A stretch of DNA of 64,000 nt from Geosiphon pyriformis uo1. Its lineage: Eukaryota; Fungi; Glomeromycota. Every line of letters begins with the position of its first letter. Positions within the stretch are counted from its first letter, which is position 1. A program made the position numbers and the translations under genes. The notes beneath the pieces were generated by a model, which was not told the origin of the DNA, ran no database searches, and was given only the letters and a program-made list of their open reading frames with translations. Positions 36,410 through 50,151 of this stretch are shown here, in pieces. The DNA is taken from positions 937,538 through 1,001,537 of the forward strand of contig JAAOMT010000128.1 in NCBI GenBank assembly GCA_016748015.1, in the 5' to 3' direction.

Positions 36410-37394
36410 TGTTACCAGATGAAATTAGAGATATTATTTAGCATGAAAATTATCTTATAAATCCTATCATTAATTAGCATATATTATTGTTTCAAATTAT
36501 CACTTATTATATTATCAAAATATCCGAAATTATCATTTAAATTAATAACCCAATTTGTACACAAACACAAATGTAATCTAATTGCGATAATCAATCATGC
36601 AATACCCCAAACTATGTAACATTCAAAAGTTCACCGAAATTTGTAGAAATTTGCCAAAATAATTGATAGTTCACCAAAATATCTAATAGTTCGCAGAAAT
36701 AACTTGTAGTTTGCTGAAATGTATCTTTAGTTCAGCAAAATTGTAGAAAATAGCAAAATTCAAGTTCATAGAATAGTGTTATGACAAGTTGTATAAAAGA
36801 AGAGCATTTCTCTTTGAGAAAATATATCTTACTTTAGATTTATTACTTAGAACCATTCCTACATACACAAAAAGAAATAAAAATCAAATAATTCGAAAAA
36901 ACCAAATTTTTTAATTATTACACTTAGAAAATCCTCAAAACCCAACTAACGTTTTGAAATTGATTAGCTACCAATTTCAGTAAACTGTTAGTGACTCCAG
37001 GCCTGGATAGAAAACGTTTCCCTTGACAAAATTCTATTTTTTTTACATTTTTTTTATTTTTCTTTTATTTTTTATTATTACAATCATTAGGGTAGCCTAC
37101 AGACGAGATTTCTGTAGAAGAGTTGACTTTCACAGCAAAGTAACTACACATTTTTTGTGAGCTTCCAAACGAGCAATTCCTGGGAAAGAGTTGATGTTTA
37201 CTACAATGTAACTAAATAAAGTAACTGGCACAAAATTGGCCATTCCACTTATAAGCCCAGCAAGTTTAAATTATAGGAGATAATTTGAAGATAAATTCAG
37301 TTACTGAAGGTCCAACTACTTCCTGGAATCGTGAATTCACAACAAACAGACATTAACAACATTCAAGAAAAGAGACCAAAAACCTCTGGTAACA
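36410..37394 (+). repeat. G2 3' LTR
   Basis: Repeat of 27510-28494, preceded by PPT GAGGAGGAAG. Confidence 0.96.
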
Positions 37395-37398
37395 GTGG

Positions 37399-40241
37399 TG
37401 ACAACTTTTCAGTTTTGAAGGGTATATCTACCCAGTCTTTCATTTTTGCAGTTGGTTCTATTGTTGAAAATACTCTAAAAAAGAACTGTGAGCTCTGGCT
37501 CATTTTACAGGACATAAAAAAGGCATATAACTTGGTTGGCTGGAAGTATTTTAGTAAATGTTTGGTTAGGATTAAAATGTGTGACAAGTTTATTCGGTTT
37601 TTTGGTGGTATTTATTGAGATTGCACCAATTGAGTTATGACAGATTTTGGGCTGACAAGTGGTTATCATGTGCATGATGGTTTGGACCAAGGAGAAGTCT
37701 TTTTTCCTCTCTTGTGGCACATATTTTATGATCCTCTCTTGTGCAAAGTCAAGCAACAGAAAAGTGTGTATGAGTACAGACTGAATTCCTATTTTATTTC
37801 TAAGAGTGGTCGTGCTAAGTTTTAGGTTAAATTTTCTACGTTTTTTGCTACTAGTGTCTTCATCGATAATACAATTTGGGTTGGTAGCAGTCTGAGAGCT
37901 ACTCAACATATTCTCAATGTTGCTAGTGAATTTTTTTGAATCAATAACATTTTAATTAACAATGACAAAACAGTGGCTATCCTTATTAATAGCAGAGTTA
38001 GCAATCCTTCTCTTTTTATCAGTGGTTCACCCATTTTTATTGCCAGAAAGAGAGAGTCTCATTAATATTTGGGTATTTTTCTCTCAACTGAGGGCTTATC
38101 AAAATCTAGTTTGGTTAAAGCCCATTTGGACATTCATTTTTTTACCAATCTGGTTTTGAAGAAGGCTATCACAAATAAGCAGCTTTTGTATTTAGTTTCA
38201 GTGGTTTTCTATCCTATAGTTGATTATAGGACCCAGTTTAGCTTTGTTCCTGTTGGTGCGTACAACAAATGGGATGCCATGATTCACAAGGCTTTAAAAC
38301 TCAAATCTGGTTTGCCACTCGATTTTCCTAGTAATACAATTCACCACCCTTTCTTTTATGGTCTAGTCTTTTCTGCAGATTCAATATGAGGACAAAATCA
38401 CCTCTCTTATCAGTTTTGTAAACTCCAGTGGTATTTTGGGCCACTTATTTTCTCACAGATCTCATGACTTACAAGTTTTGTGTTGGCGCTCTGTCCACCC
38501 ATTGAGTTGTCTGGTTCGTATTTGTGTCAGTGCTTTTAATAACTTTCTGGCTGGCCTGGTTCATGTACTCTTTGATTGCAATTTGTCTTTGGGTGGCTCT
38601 TTGACTAATGCATTTTATTTTAATGGTGGAGTGCCCATGTTGGCTGTTCTTGGCAAGTCAAGATTTTTTAAGTTTCTTCCATCTCTCCAGTATTATAGTA
38701 TAGTTTTGGTTAATCAGCTTCATGATTGTCATGGTTCTGTTTTTAGTTGATATGCATTTAAGCAGTGGAAGAAGTTAGACCCCCGTGGACCCATCTCCGA
38801 TTGGTTTAGGCTTTCTGCTACATTTCTTGATGGCATAACTTTTTCTTCTGCTCCTTCTTCAGTTTCAGATGATGTTGGTCCTTTGAATATTCTTGGTTCT
38901 GGTGAATTTTTGTCTGTCTGTGATTGTTTCTCACGTGTTGAAACTGGTTGTTTATCTGTCTACACGGATGGATCTTTGAGGAATCTGGGTATGGTCAGCT
39001 GTAAAGCTGGCACTGCTGCCTTTTTTGAGGACATTAGTTTGGATTTGGGTGTTGGTGTGTCAGGTTTGATGTCATCCACTCTGGCTGAGCTACAAGCCAT
39101 TGCTTTGGCCCTGGAATGCATCTTTTCTTCTAGTTTAGTTTGCCTGTTTTCAGATAGTCAATTTGCCTTGGATGCATGCAAGTTGAAATTGGGTCTTTTG
39201 CATCCTGATTTTCGCAGTCAGTGCTGGATTAAGTATTGGCATATTGTTAACTTAATTCATAGACAAAATTTAAGGGTTAGCTGGCATAAAGTCAAAGGTC
39301 ATTCTGGTGTAGAAGAGAATGAGCAGACTAATGTGATTGCTGGTTCTGACTCTTTTTCTAGTTGGTTTCTTTCTCTTCACTTGGATGAGCACTTTTTGGT
39401 GGCCAATAGTATTGTAATTTCTGGTAATTCTAGACGTTTTGTCCAAGATATTTTCTACTCTATTAGTTGTGCACATTGAGAAATAGGTTTAGAAGTTAAG
39501 TTTTTGGTGAGTAATTTGGTTTCTGAGATTGATTGGTTATGCTCTTTGTTGGTATGGCATCTGGATTTGCATATGGCCACTGGTTTTACCAGCAGAGTCT
39601 CGGCTAATGTGCACACTTATTTCATAAAGGCTTTGCATTATTGACTGCCTGTGGCTGTTCATAAGTGCCTTTATAATAGATCTTATCCTAGTGTTTTGTG
39701 CTTGTATTGTGGTGAAATAGAGGTGTCAGATCATGTGTTTTTTTGTAGAGTCAATGATTCTGTTTGGTGTCAGTTATTAAAATCCCACGTGGAGTCTTGG
39801 AAGGCACTTTCTAGATTGTCTTATTTTTTGTCAAGTGTGTTGTGTTTGTTGTCATCTTGTGTCTCTGGTTTTTCAGTGTCAGCAGCTCTTCATAAAAGTT
39901 TTGTTTTTAATAATTGGTTTCACAAGACTGTTCTTGTTTTTCATGACCCTAAGATGGCTGGTTCAAAGATTGTTGAGTTTGTGCATTCTCTTGGTCTTGC
40001 TTTTAGGGATGATATTTGGTTGGTTCATGTAAAACATTGTGCATATATGGAGAAGAACAGGTTGATTTCTCTAGATGGTTCGATTCCTATTTTATTGTCT
40101 GGTTTGTCTTTGAAGTTTTCTGCTGGTGTGGTCAATTTGCTGAGAATGGTTGAGGCTTTTGGTGTTAGCTTTGGTTATTGCAAGTGTTGCTTATTTTTTT
40201 CTGGTATTGGTGACTCAGTTTCTGTTCGTATAGTTGTATAG
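37399..40241 (+). pseudogene. LINE-B ORF2 3' part (RT, RNase H, CCHC)
   Basis: GLDQGEVF; VYTDGS..AELQAI..SDSQ..WHKVKGHSG; CLYCGEIEVSDHVFFC. Confidence 0.92.
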
Positions 40242-40596
40242 TGTTGTTTTGACTGGCCCAAGTGGCTGGTCATGTGTAGAAAATGCATGATTTGCACCTA
40301 CTTTAGATTATTTTTTTGATGTATAGCAATAGGTAGCATTTGAACCTCACTTATTAATTAATAAAAAAAAAAATTAAGTTTTTAATATTATTTTTTATTT
40401 CTTTTAATTAATTTAAAGATTTATTTAAATATTTATTAAAAATAAATATTAAAAGATAATTAATATAAAAAATAATTTTTTTTAATATAATAATTAAAAA
40501 TCAGTAGTATTTATTAATTATTACATGTATTAATTATTATTATTATATAATTAGCCACTTTATTTTTAGATAATAATTAAGATTTTAATTAATAAT

Positions 40597-40656
40597 TTAA
40601 TTATTAACTTAATTATTAACTTAATTATTAATTTAATTACTAATTTGATTATTAAT
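40597..40656. repeat. 12-bp tandem repeat TTAATTATTAAC, ~5 degenerate copies
   Basis: Direct reading of the sequence. Confidence 0.6.
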
Positions 40657-41137
40657 TATTTTGAATAATTATATAAGTAATAAATTTTTTAGCTCTAGAA
40701 AAACATGTTAAAAATTCAAGATTTTAAAATAATAAAAATTATTTTTAAATATTTAATTCTTTGATTTTACTTATTTTTTTAATTTTTTTAAGTATTTAAA
40801 TATTTCTAAATAAAAAATTACTTATTGATATATATATAATTATTAGTCTTAAAAATATTGAATAAATGTTATTAAAAAATACAATTAATATCTAATATTG
40901 AATTTTAAAAATATTAATATGAAATATAAAATTATATTAATATATTATTTTTTGTTAATAATATAAACTATCAAAATTATATTAAAAAAAAACTTCTTTT
41001 TCTCCTTTGTCCAAAATTTCCAAAAAAGAGTTTTTTTTTTTTTTTTTTTTTTGAAAAAAGTTTTTACCATTCAGTACAATATCTCTAAATCATTTCTGTT
41101 TAATTACAAGGCCACCATTGGCCCTGATACTGCTATT

Positions 41138-42932
41138 ATGAAGAAGGCTGCTAAGAGTTCTAGTTTTGGTGATGGCTTTGAGATGGTCTTGTTGAGAAAG
41201 AAGAGGAGGGGAGGTGTTTTAGAAGATGGTTCTAGTGGCAAAAAAGTGGCTTCTAAAGTCCAGAAGAGCCATTCATGGGGTTCAGAAACTGGGGACACTA
41301 CTGAGTCTGAGAGTATTAATATGGAAAAGAAGTGTCTAGTGGAGGAGACCAGCTTTGATTTTGGTGAAGGTGGTGTTCTGGCTGGTGGGGATCATGATCA
41401 AATGCCCACGAGTTCAAAAGTCAAAACCAAGAAGGCATTAAACAAGCCGTTAGGAAAGATTGATTTCTCAAAGGTTAGTGATGGTAATAGTATTCTCTCG
41501 GATGCTCCTCTTGAGCTTCCCCCTTCTTTGAAAAACTTGGTCAATGTTTTGGTCAGGAAGTCATTCGCATTAGATATTGGCTTGGATAAGATGGCCAGCA
41601 ATTTTTCTTAGAAAAAACTTGTGATGGTGAGGAAATTATTTTCTGGAATCAATGGTTTTGGGGAGGGCGTCTACCCCCTCAAAATTCTCAGAGATCATTA
41701 GAGTAACATTCACTTCTGAATCGAGTCTAATAAAAGCTACTAATAAGGCTGCAAGTGCAAAAATCCTAGTAAACACCGATCTCAAAAAATCATCTGGGTA
41801 ATCAGATTGGGCTGTGGTCATAAAAAAAATTCCAATTAGAACATCAGCTGAGGCTGTGTGTGCTGTGCTATCCGAGTTTGGAGTTATTAAGGTGATTAAG
41901 ATGCAATTAATCAGGCTGTGGCAGAAGGCAGTGGTGAAATTCGAGCAATTGGATCAGGCTGATTTGGTTACAGCTGAGTGGTCCATTTTAATCGGGAAAG
42001 ATGCTGTACATGTGGCTAGGGCTGATTCAGACAAGAAGGCATGGGATGCAAGGAACTAACATAGGGCACTGCTCTACATATTACCAATGGGGACCAATGC
42101 TCATGATATCTGGGACTTTGTTAGATCTGTGGGTAGGAAAACATGCATTATTGATCGTCATTCTGTTACGTATAATCGGGCCAGGTGTGCTGTTGTTTGC
42201 TTCAACTCTGCTGAATCATTGGATGCTGCTGTGAGAACCATGCCAGTACTTAAAAACACCAATCTCTGCTGGTTTCATCTTATTTCTGTTAAATGCGCCA
42301 AGTATGAAAAATTGGGTCACACGTCATTGGGTTGTGTGGTTGGTGGGAAATTTTCTTCTGGTAATTTGCTACGTAGGGTTTTCTCAGATGCAAATAAAAG
42401 CAGACTGGCAACCATCTATGCCAAACATTCAGCTTCAGTTGTCCATCCAGTCTCTTTTGGTGGTTTCTCTTGGGCAAAGGTTGTTTGCGGGCTCTCTTCA
42501 CTCTCCCTTTCTAGTCAGAATGTTTTGGTAGATAATGGCTCCTTTTTGGAGATGAAGCCACCCCTACTGGTTATGATGGAAGTCAACAATAGGTTTGCTG
42601 CTCTTGAGCGCAGTCTCGCCAGCCTTGCAGAGCAAGTTGGTAAGCTGGCTAAGAGATTGGATGCACTCGGGCCAATGGTTTTCCAGCCTAGTCCTGGATG
42701 TCAGCCATTGGTGACCCTTTCATCACAGGATCAAGGGGCAGATGTAATGATGAGTGAGGGTTTGGGTGCATTCACTAGTGGTGTGAATGTTGCGGGAGCA
42801 GTGTTTTTCAATATGTCTTCGGTGTTTAAGCTGGAAGACAGCATGAAATGTCTAATGAAAACGGTTCTGGGCCTTTTGGCCAAAATGGATAGTATTAGTG
42901 TGCATTTGGTGTTTCTACCCTTTACTCAATGA
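41138..42932 (+). pseudogene. LINE-C ORF1
   Basis: VIKKIPI..VLSEFGVI RRM; CAKYEKLGHTSLGC; NNRFAALERSL coiled coil. Confidence 0.88.
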
Positions 42933-45900
42933 GCAGTTTGATCTGGAAAGTTGCTACGTGCAATGTCAGGGGCATGAACAATCCCACTAAGCAGAAGGAC
43001 ATTATTAGGTGGCATAAGGAAATGAACAATACAGTCTCTATGGTTACTGAAACAAAATTGAGGAGTAAAGTTTGTCTGTGGATTGTAGATAAGTTCAATG
43101 GTGTCCGAGTGTTCATTTCTGGTTTGGACTCTGGTCACTTGGATGTGGGTGTTGCTGTTGTCTTGGACATTTCTTTGGCTCATCATGTGTACAAGATTTC
43201 TGAGGTGCCTGGTTGGCTCCTGTCCATTAAATTACTTTTCAAGGGTAAACTTTCTGTATTGATTCTGGGGCTTTATGCTGGTGCCTCTTCAGTGGTTTGG
43301 TTCTCTCAGGCTGGTGAAATCAACTCTCTCATTGCGAAGGCTGTCAATGAATCTTCTTTCACTGTTCTTGATGGCGATTTCAATAAAGATGGTTCTTGTA
43401 AGTGTGCAAGTTTTAGGAAGTGCCTTGATTTGGGTCTGGCTAATTCTTTGGTCAGAAGCCCAGCTGTGAAAATATCTATTTGGGCAAATTCTAGAGATGT
43501 TAGAAAAACAATTGACTATGTTTTGGTTTCTTCAAATTTGGTCAATGTGATAGTACACTGTGGTGTTTCAGATGCTAATGAATATTTTGAAATGGATCAT
43601 TGGGCTGTTTCTGTGTCTTTGGGTTTGGGTGGTTTGTTGGACATGCAGTTAAACTCTCTTCACAAACAGGCAAATAGAGATCGTTAAAAGTTTAATTTTA
43701 AGGGTGCTGATGATGTGAAATGGAACAAGTTCAAGGGTGCTATAGCAGCTAATGCTGCCATGTTCTCTGATGATTTTATAGCCTCCTGGCAGTTCTCAGA
43801 TTTGGATGCAATGTGAGATATTGTTTGCAAAATAATGGTTCTTTCAGCTGATAAGATGTTCAAGAAGAAATAGTTTAAAGACTATGATGGTGTCTTCACT
43901 AAAGAATCATCCAAATTTCATAAGTTAGAACTTTTGATATCGAAGCTGATTAAAGCTTCTTGGTCGATTTGTCATGACAAATTCATTTCACTGTTGGATG
44001 TCTGGGGTTTTCTTGACGTTGATAATGCCTCTGTGGTCAGATCTCTCTTTCTCTCCAGTTCTCCTCTTAATACTATTCGGTCAGCTCTCTTCAAAGTCAG
44101 AAAGACTTATTGCTCACTTAAAATAGCAAAATCGAGGTGTGTAGAAAAATCTCAAATCAAGTTAGCAATCGAAAAGAGGATGGAAAGTTTCAAGCTGAAC
44201 AAGGATCACACTATTTGGAGCGTCTTGGAGCACCCTTTCTGTAAGGTCATTTTGGACCACTTAGTTGTGGATGATAAGCTGATTTTGGAACCTGGTCCTG
44301 TGAGATCGAGAGTAAATAATATCATGGAAGGGTGGACTAGGAAGTGTAGGGTGGTTCCCAATGTTTCTAACATGTAGCACCATCAGTATTGGCCGTTGGA
44401 TTACATTTTTGATGAGGCTTTTTCTGGTGTAATGCAGTCAATTGAGTTTTTGGAATTGTTTGGCATGGTTTCTGATTTGCTTATTAGTAAGGCTGCTGGT
44501 CTTTCGGGTATTTCAAATGAGTTGTGGATACATAATGATAGGTCTGTTCTGGATATGCTCTTGGTGCTTCTGAATTCTTGTCTGTTTTATGAGTCTGTGT
44601 CTGGTCCTTGAAAAGAAGCTTGGGTTTCGATGATCCCTAAACCATACAAATGGGAAGGTGTCCTTATGAATACCTGACCTATAGCCTTGATCAAGACGGC
44701 TTGCAAGATCCTCTCTAAGATTCTCTCTGACAGGATCTTGCTGGTGTGCAGTGCTCATGACATCCTTTGTGGGGATAATTTTTCAGTTTTGAAGGGTACT
44801 ACTATCCAGACTCCTATTTTTGCTATTGGTTTGGTTGTTGAGAATGCTTTGGAGAAAAATCAAAAGCTCTGGCTGGTGTTGCAGGACATGCGAAAGACAT
44901 ATGACTCTGTTGGATGAGAACATCTCGAGAGGTGTTTAGTCAGAATCAAAATGTGTGGCAAGTTTATTTGTTTTTTCAGCAATATTCATAGAAATTGGAC
45001 CAATCAAGTTATGATGGACTTTGGTTTAACTGATAGTTATAGTGTACATAATGGGTTGGACCAAGAAGAAGTTTTTTCCCCCCTTCTTTGGCGCATATTT
45101 TATGATCCTCTTTTGTGCAAAGTCAAGCATCAGGAGAGTGTATGCGGGTATAGGCTCAATTCCCATTTTGTCTCCAGGAGTGGTCGCACTGAATCTTAAG
45201 CTGGGTTTTCTACTTTTTTTGCTGCTGGGGCCTATGTTGATGACACAATTTGAGTTGGCAACAGTCAGACTGCTATTCAGCATATTCTCAATGTTGCTAG
45301 TGAATTTTTTCGAATTAATGACATTTCAATCAATAACGACAAAATTGTGGCCATTCCTATTAATGCCAGGATCAGCAATCCGTCTCTTTTTATTAGTGGT
45401 TCACCCATTTCTATAACCAAAAAAGGCAAATCTCATTGGTATCTTGGTATCTTTCTCTCAACTGATAGTATTTCTAAGCCTAGTTTGGCTAAAGCACATT
45501 CAGACATTTGTTTTTTTAGTAATTTGATTCTAAAGAAAGTGGTATTGGATAAGCAGTTCTTGTATCTGGTATTGGCAGTTCTCCATCCTATAGTCAGCTA
45601 TAGGACGTAGTTCAGCTTTGTCCCTGTTAGTGTGTGCGACAAGTGAGATGCTCTGATTTGCAAGAGTTTGAAACTTAAAGCTGGTCTTCCTCTCGATTTT
45701 CTTAGTGACACGATTTATCATCCTTCTTTTTATGGTCTGAAGTCCTTCTCACAATGTCAGTCTGAAAACAAGGTTGCTTCACTTATTAGTTTTGTGAACT
45801 CCTGCGGGGTTCTGGGTCAATTGTTTAGTCACAGGTCTCATGACTTGCAGGTTCTGTGCTGGCACCCCATTCATCCATTGAGTTCACCAGCTTGTATCCA

Positions 45901-46850
45901 TGTCAGCGTTTCTAATAATTTTTTGTCAGGTATCGTACACATTTTTTTTGAATGCAATTTGTCTTTAGGTGGCTCTTTGGCCAGCTCTTTTTGGTTTCAT
46001 GATGGGGTGCCTATGTTTGCTGTTCTGGGCAAATCCTTGTTTTTCAATTACTTGTCTTCTCTCCGGCATTATGGCATTGCCTTTGTGGATCAGCTTCAGA
46101 ATTGTCATGGGGATATCTTTGACTGGTACACCTTTAAGTGGTGGAAGAAACTGGATCCTTGTGGTTCAGTTTCTGAGTGGTTTGGGCATTCTGTTGCATT
46201 TCTTAGTGGTGCACCTCCCTCTCCATTGGCCTTGAGTGGTGTTGGTCCTATGGACATTTGTGATTCTGATGGTTTTGTGTCTGTATGTGATCATCTTTCT
46301 CGGGTTGGCACTGATAGTTTGTCAGTGTATACGGATAGGTCAGTAAAGAATTTGGGCACAACTGGTTGTAGGGCCGGAGCTGCTGCCTTTTTTAAAGACA
46401 TTGACTTGGGTTTGGGTGTCTGTGTTCAGGATCTGATGTTATCTACTTTGGCGGAGTTGCAGGCTGTAGTGTTGGCTCTGGAATGCGTATCTGTGGATTG
46501 TTCTGTTCGCCTGTTTTTGGATAGCCAGGCAGCTTTAGATGCTTACAAGTCGGAGGTTGACTTGGTGTGTCCTGACTTTCGCAATTGGTGTTGGGTTGAG
46601 CGCCGGCATATTAGGAATATTATATGTGGAAAGAATTTGAAGGTTAGCTGGCACAAGGTTAAGGGCCACTCTAGTGTGTTGGGAAATAATTGCGCCAATA
46701 GCATTGCTGACACTGCAGCTCTCTCTGATTGATTTCTCTCTTCTTGTGTGGCTGAACAATTTTTGTTGATAGATGGTGGTATTGTTTCTGACAATTTTAG
46801 ACACTTTGTGATGTTTTTTGTGCTGTCTGTCAGGTGCGCTGGGAAGTTGG
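42929..46850 (+). pseudogene. LINE-C ORF2 5' part (APE, RT, RNase H)
   Basis: WKVATCNVRG; GDFN; IDY; AYVDD; VYTD..AELQA..WHKVKGHS. Confidence 0.92.
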
Positions 46851-47944
46851 TGTTATGGGTAAACTTGGTGGGTATGGGAAATGATAACGTTTGGTGCTTT
46901 CAATTATTGATGATGTGTCTTCTGCGTAATTCTGTTGGCTTAGTCTTGATTATCAGTCTCTGAAGGTCTATTCTTGGATGTGAATTTTACTTATTGAGTT
47001 CTTTGGTTATAAGGCACAGAGTTTGTCTTTCGTCAATTGCAACATTTTTTGTAAATGTGAGCTTTCTTTTCTGAGCTAACAAGCGCAGTTGTTAGGGTCT
47101 GGCATTGTCTTTTCACCCTTCTGGTAAGCTAACAAGATAATGTTAATATCCAAAACTTAGGGGGAGCTTCCCTCTTTTACCAGGCTATCATGAAGTCTAT
47201 TCCCAAACAGTCGATTTTACTATGTTGTCGCTTCACAAAAAATTAAGACAGAAAAAGAAAGAAAAAGAAAAAGAAAAGAAAAGAAAAGAAAAAAAAGATA
47301 AATTAGTATCGTCAATTGCTGTGATCAAGAGCAATTGGTCCAAATTGTTAATAGATTCGAGGCAGTTATGCTAAGAGCATCTGTTCTAGAACGGAGGTAC
47401 GAGACAAGAGTTAATTCACGTAAATTCCACAAAGTTCGAAAACATAAATTTGTGATTCTGATTTCTTTTAATAATTGGTTTATTTTAGGAGATGAAATAG
47501 GGAAGATAATAAAGGATGAAGGGGTATGGATATTTTAATTTCTGGTCTAGAGGTTCGTATCTATTTTTTCTTTTCTGTCTTTTCTCACTTCTACAACTAT
47601 TTGCTTTTATACATTCTTTTGGTTTTACAGGATTGCTTTCAATTGTCTCATTATCACTAATTATTGCTTTGTTGTTTTTGTTATTGCTTCGTTTTTCTAC
47701 ATTATCGCTAGTTATCCTATGTTATAACACGTTATCTGACATTATTACATGTTATTCTGTGTTATCTTGTGTTATAACACGTTATTCTATGTTATTGCAT
47801 GCTATTCTGTGTTATCCTGCATTATAACACATTATCCAATATTATAACACATTATTCAACGTTATTGTGCATTATTCTGTGTTATATCATATTTTTGGTC
47901 ATGTTTCTTTATAACTTTGGATTGGTTTTTCTATTTGGGTAACA
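46851..47944 (-). repeat. G3 3' LTR (1094 bp)
   Basis: Repeat of 55899-57009; ~11-nt GTTAT-core repeats at 47705-47890; (AAAAG)n tract. Confidence 0.96.
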
Positions 47945-47958
47945 TTATCCCTCTCTTT

Positions 47959-48693
47959 TTAAAATTGAGCTCCTGCAAAACTGTATGTATCTGTTATCAT
48001 GGCTTTGTTCGTGTAATGTTCGATTGTTGCCTTGAGTATTGCCTTTTGTAGGTTTTTGAACTATTGATTGGTTATTCGTTCTATGCTGTTAACTATTATG
48101 GTTTTCATAGATCCATTCAGTAGTATGTTTGGACAATGTTGGAAGATGGCATATAGTCGGTATACTGCTTTGTAATGTAAAGTCAGATTGTTTTTCCCTA
48201 CAAATTTTTCTACTTGTTATATTGCTTCTTTGTTGAACGTTTTCTGGCTGAGGTCTTCATATGGTGTTTTCAAGTCAAGCTGTTCTCCAATTTTGTAGAA
48301 CCAATAAGCTGGAAAAAGTCTTTCTTTCCATTCCTGGGCATTTTCAGGTGTCTACTCCTCTGTTTTGGGGAGTTTGGTTCCACAAGCTAAAGCTTGTTTT
48401 ATTTCTTCAAGCTTGGAGACCAAGTATCTTCTTTTGTAACCTTTTTCTTATTCTTTGCCTCCTTCTTTTCCACCTCCCATCCAAAGGCAATTTTTCCTCC
48501 CACATTGCCTTTCGGGTGGTGGGTAGGGAAGGGAATGTTTAGTTCTAATTGAACTCTCGTCCTCCCCTCTTCTGCTCTTATCTTTGTACTGTATTTCTTT
48601 TTTATCAATTGTTATTTCTATTTAAGATGTCAATTTTTGAATTGTTTCAAATAATTGTTTAGATAATTTTAAAATTTGATCTGAAAGGTCTAT
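47959..48693 (-). pseudogene. G3 ORF3 (decayed)
   Basis: DLSDQILKLSKQLF start; LHYKAVYRLYAIFQHCP..LL; ends FAGAQF* at PPT AAAAAGAGAGGGATAA. Confidence 0.78.
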
Positions 48694-48773
48694 GTTGAAA
48701 TTTTTATCATTTCTTGCTGCTTTTTGAATGCTATATATATTTGAATTCTCCAATTTAATTTGCTGCCCGTTGT

Positions 48774-50141
48774 CTATGTTTCAATGACGATGATTGGTTC
48801 CAGATCTCATGGTATATTTTTTGGTCTGATTAATGAAATTTGTGTTCCTAGTTGAAGTACTGATAACAATAATTCCTGTTTTACATGATAAATTTTTAAC
48901 CGATTTCTATGTGCTACTTTCTTTAAAATTCTGTCTTCCAATCGTAATTTGTAAGCTCTATTTCTTAATGCTTCATGTATGTGGAATGAACCATCCCACT
49001 TTGGGTCGAACTTTCTACTCCACTGTTTCTCAGCTTTTGTACAATGTAACAGTACTTGGTCTCCAATCTTGAATTCCATTGGTTGTTCTGGCAGGTGTTT
49101 ATTATGTCTTTCTTTTTGTCATTCTTGAGCATGACTAATATTGTCAACTGCTGTTCTTCGATTGTTTTCCAATGTTTCCATTAGCTGGTACATTCTTTGG
49201 TGTAAGGTAGTCTCAAAATTCTCTTCATTAATTGTTTTTGTTGGGTATGATGGTATCACTCGTTCAATTGGTAACATAGCTTTTCTTCCATAGACTAGTT
49301 CAAATGGTGTGAACTGAGTCGTATTTTGTTTCAATGTTCGGTATGCAAAGAGTACAGAAGGTATGAATAAGTCCCATTCTTGTCTGTTTTCATGACTTAT
49401 TTTTGTTAGTGCTTCGCACAGTGTTCTGTTAAACTGTTCTACCAGTCCGTTCATTTGTGGGTGGTATGGTGACAATAAAGGTCTCTTTATTCCAAACCAT
49501 TGGCTTAGTTCAGTCAGCATATTATTAACAAAGTGTGTTCCCTGATCAGATAATAATTTTTTTGGACATCTATGTTGGCAAATTAAGTCTTGATGCACAA
49601 ATTCGGTGACTGTTTTGGCATCGGCCACTTGGATTGCTCTGGCTTCTGGTCATTTTGTAAGATAGTCTATGGCTACAGCAATATAGCAATTTCCTTGGAA
49701 TGTAATTGAAAGAGATCCAACCAAATCAATTCCAATTCTATCAAATGGATTTCCAACTGGAATGGGTCGAAGTGGTTCTGTTGATCTTGCTCCTTCTTTT
49801 CGCTGGCATGCATCACAATTGAGCACGTATTTGAAAATGTATTTGTGCATCATTAGCCAATAGTATAAGTTTAGTGTTCTTTCAAGGGTAGTGTCTTTGT
49901 TAAAGTGTCCTGCAGTCAGATCTGAGTGCACACTATATAGTATAGTTTCTCTTTCACTGTTCGTGATTAGTTGTTGTGAGTTGGAGTGGTTTCGGCATTC
50001 TCGTTGATATAGTTGGTTGTCTTGAATAAAATAATTTCGGGCTTGTTTTCATATGGTACTCTGTTTCTGTTGAGATAATATCTCCTTAAAATGTAGTGTC
50101 AATAGGTACTGATGTAGTTGTTGATAAGTGAGTGTATTCAT
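48774..50141 (-). pseudogene. G3 integrase as separate ORF
   Basis: MNT start; HSD..GH..CDAC; SDQGTHF; NGLVE; KWDG. Confidence 0.9.
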
Positions 50142-50151
50142 GGGTCTGGAA

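Larger units (their letters stand above)
27510..37394 (+). mobile_element. G2: full-length Ty3/Gypsy LTR retrotransposon with dUTPase, decayed
   Basis: 985-bp LTRs; terminal inverted repeat TGTTACCAGA..TCTGGTAACA; TSD GTGG (27506-27509 / 37395-37398). Confidence 0.97.
23641..40373 (+). mobile_element. LINE-B: full-length decayed LINE interrupted by G2 in the RT domain
   Basis: ORF1 23768-25669; ORF2 25666-27509 + 37399-40241; 3' tail and poly(A) 40363-40373; removing G2 restores FCGDNFSVLKG. Confidence 0.95.
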
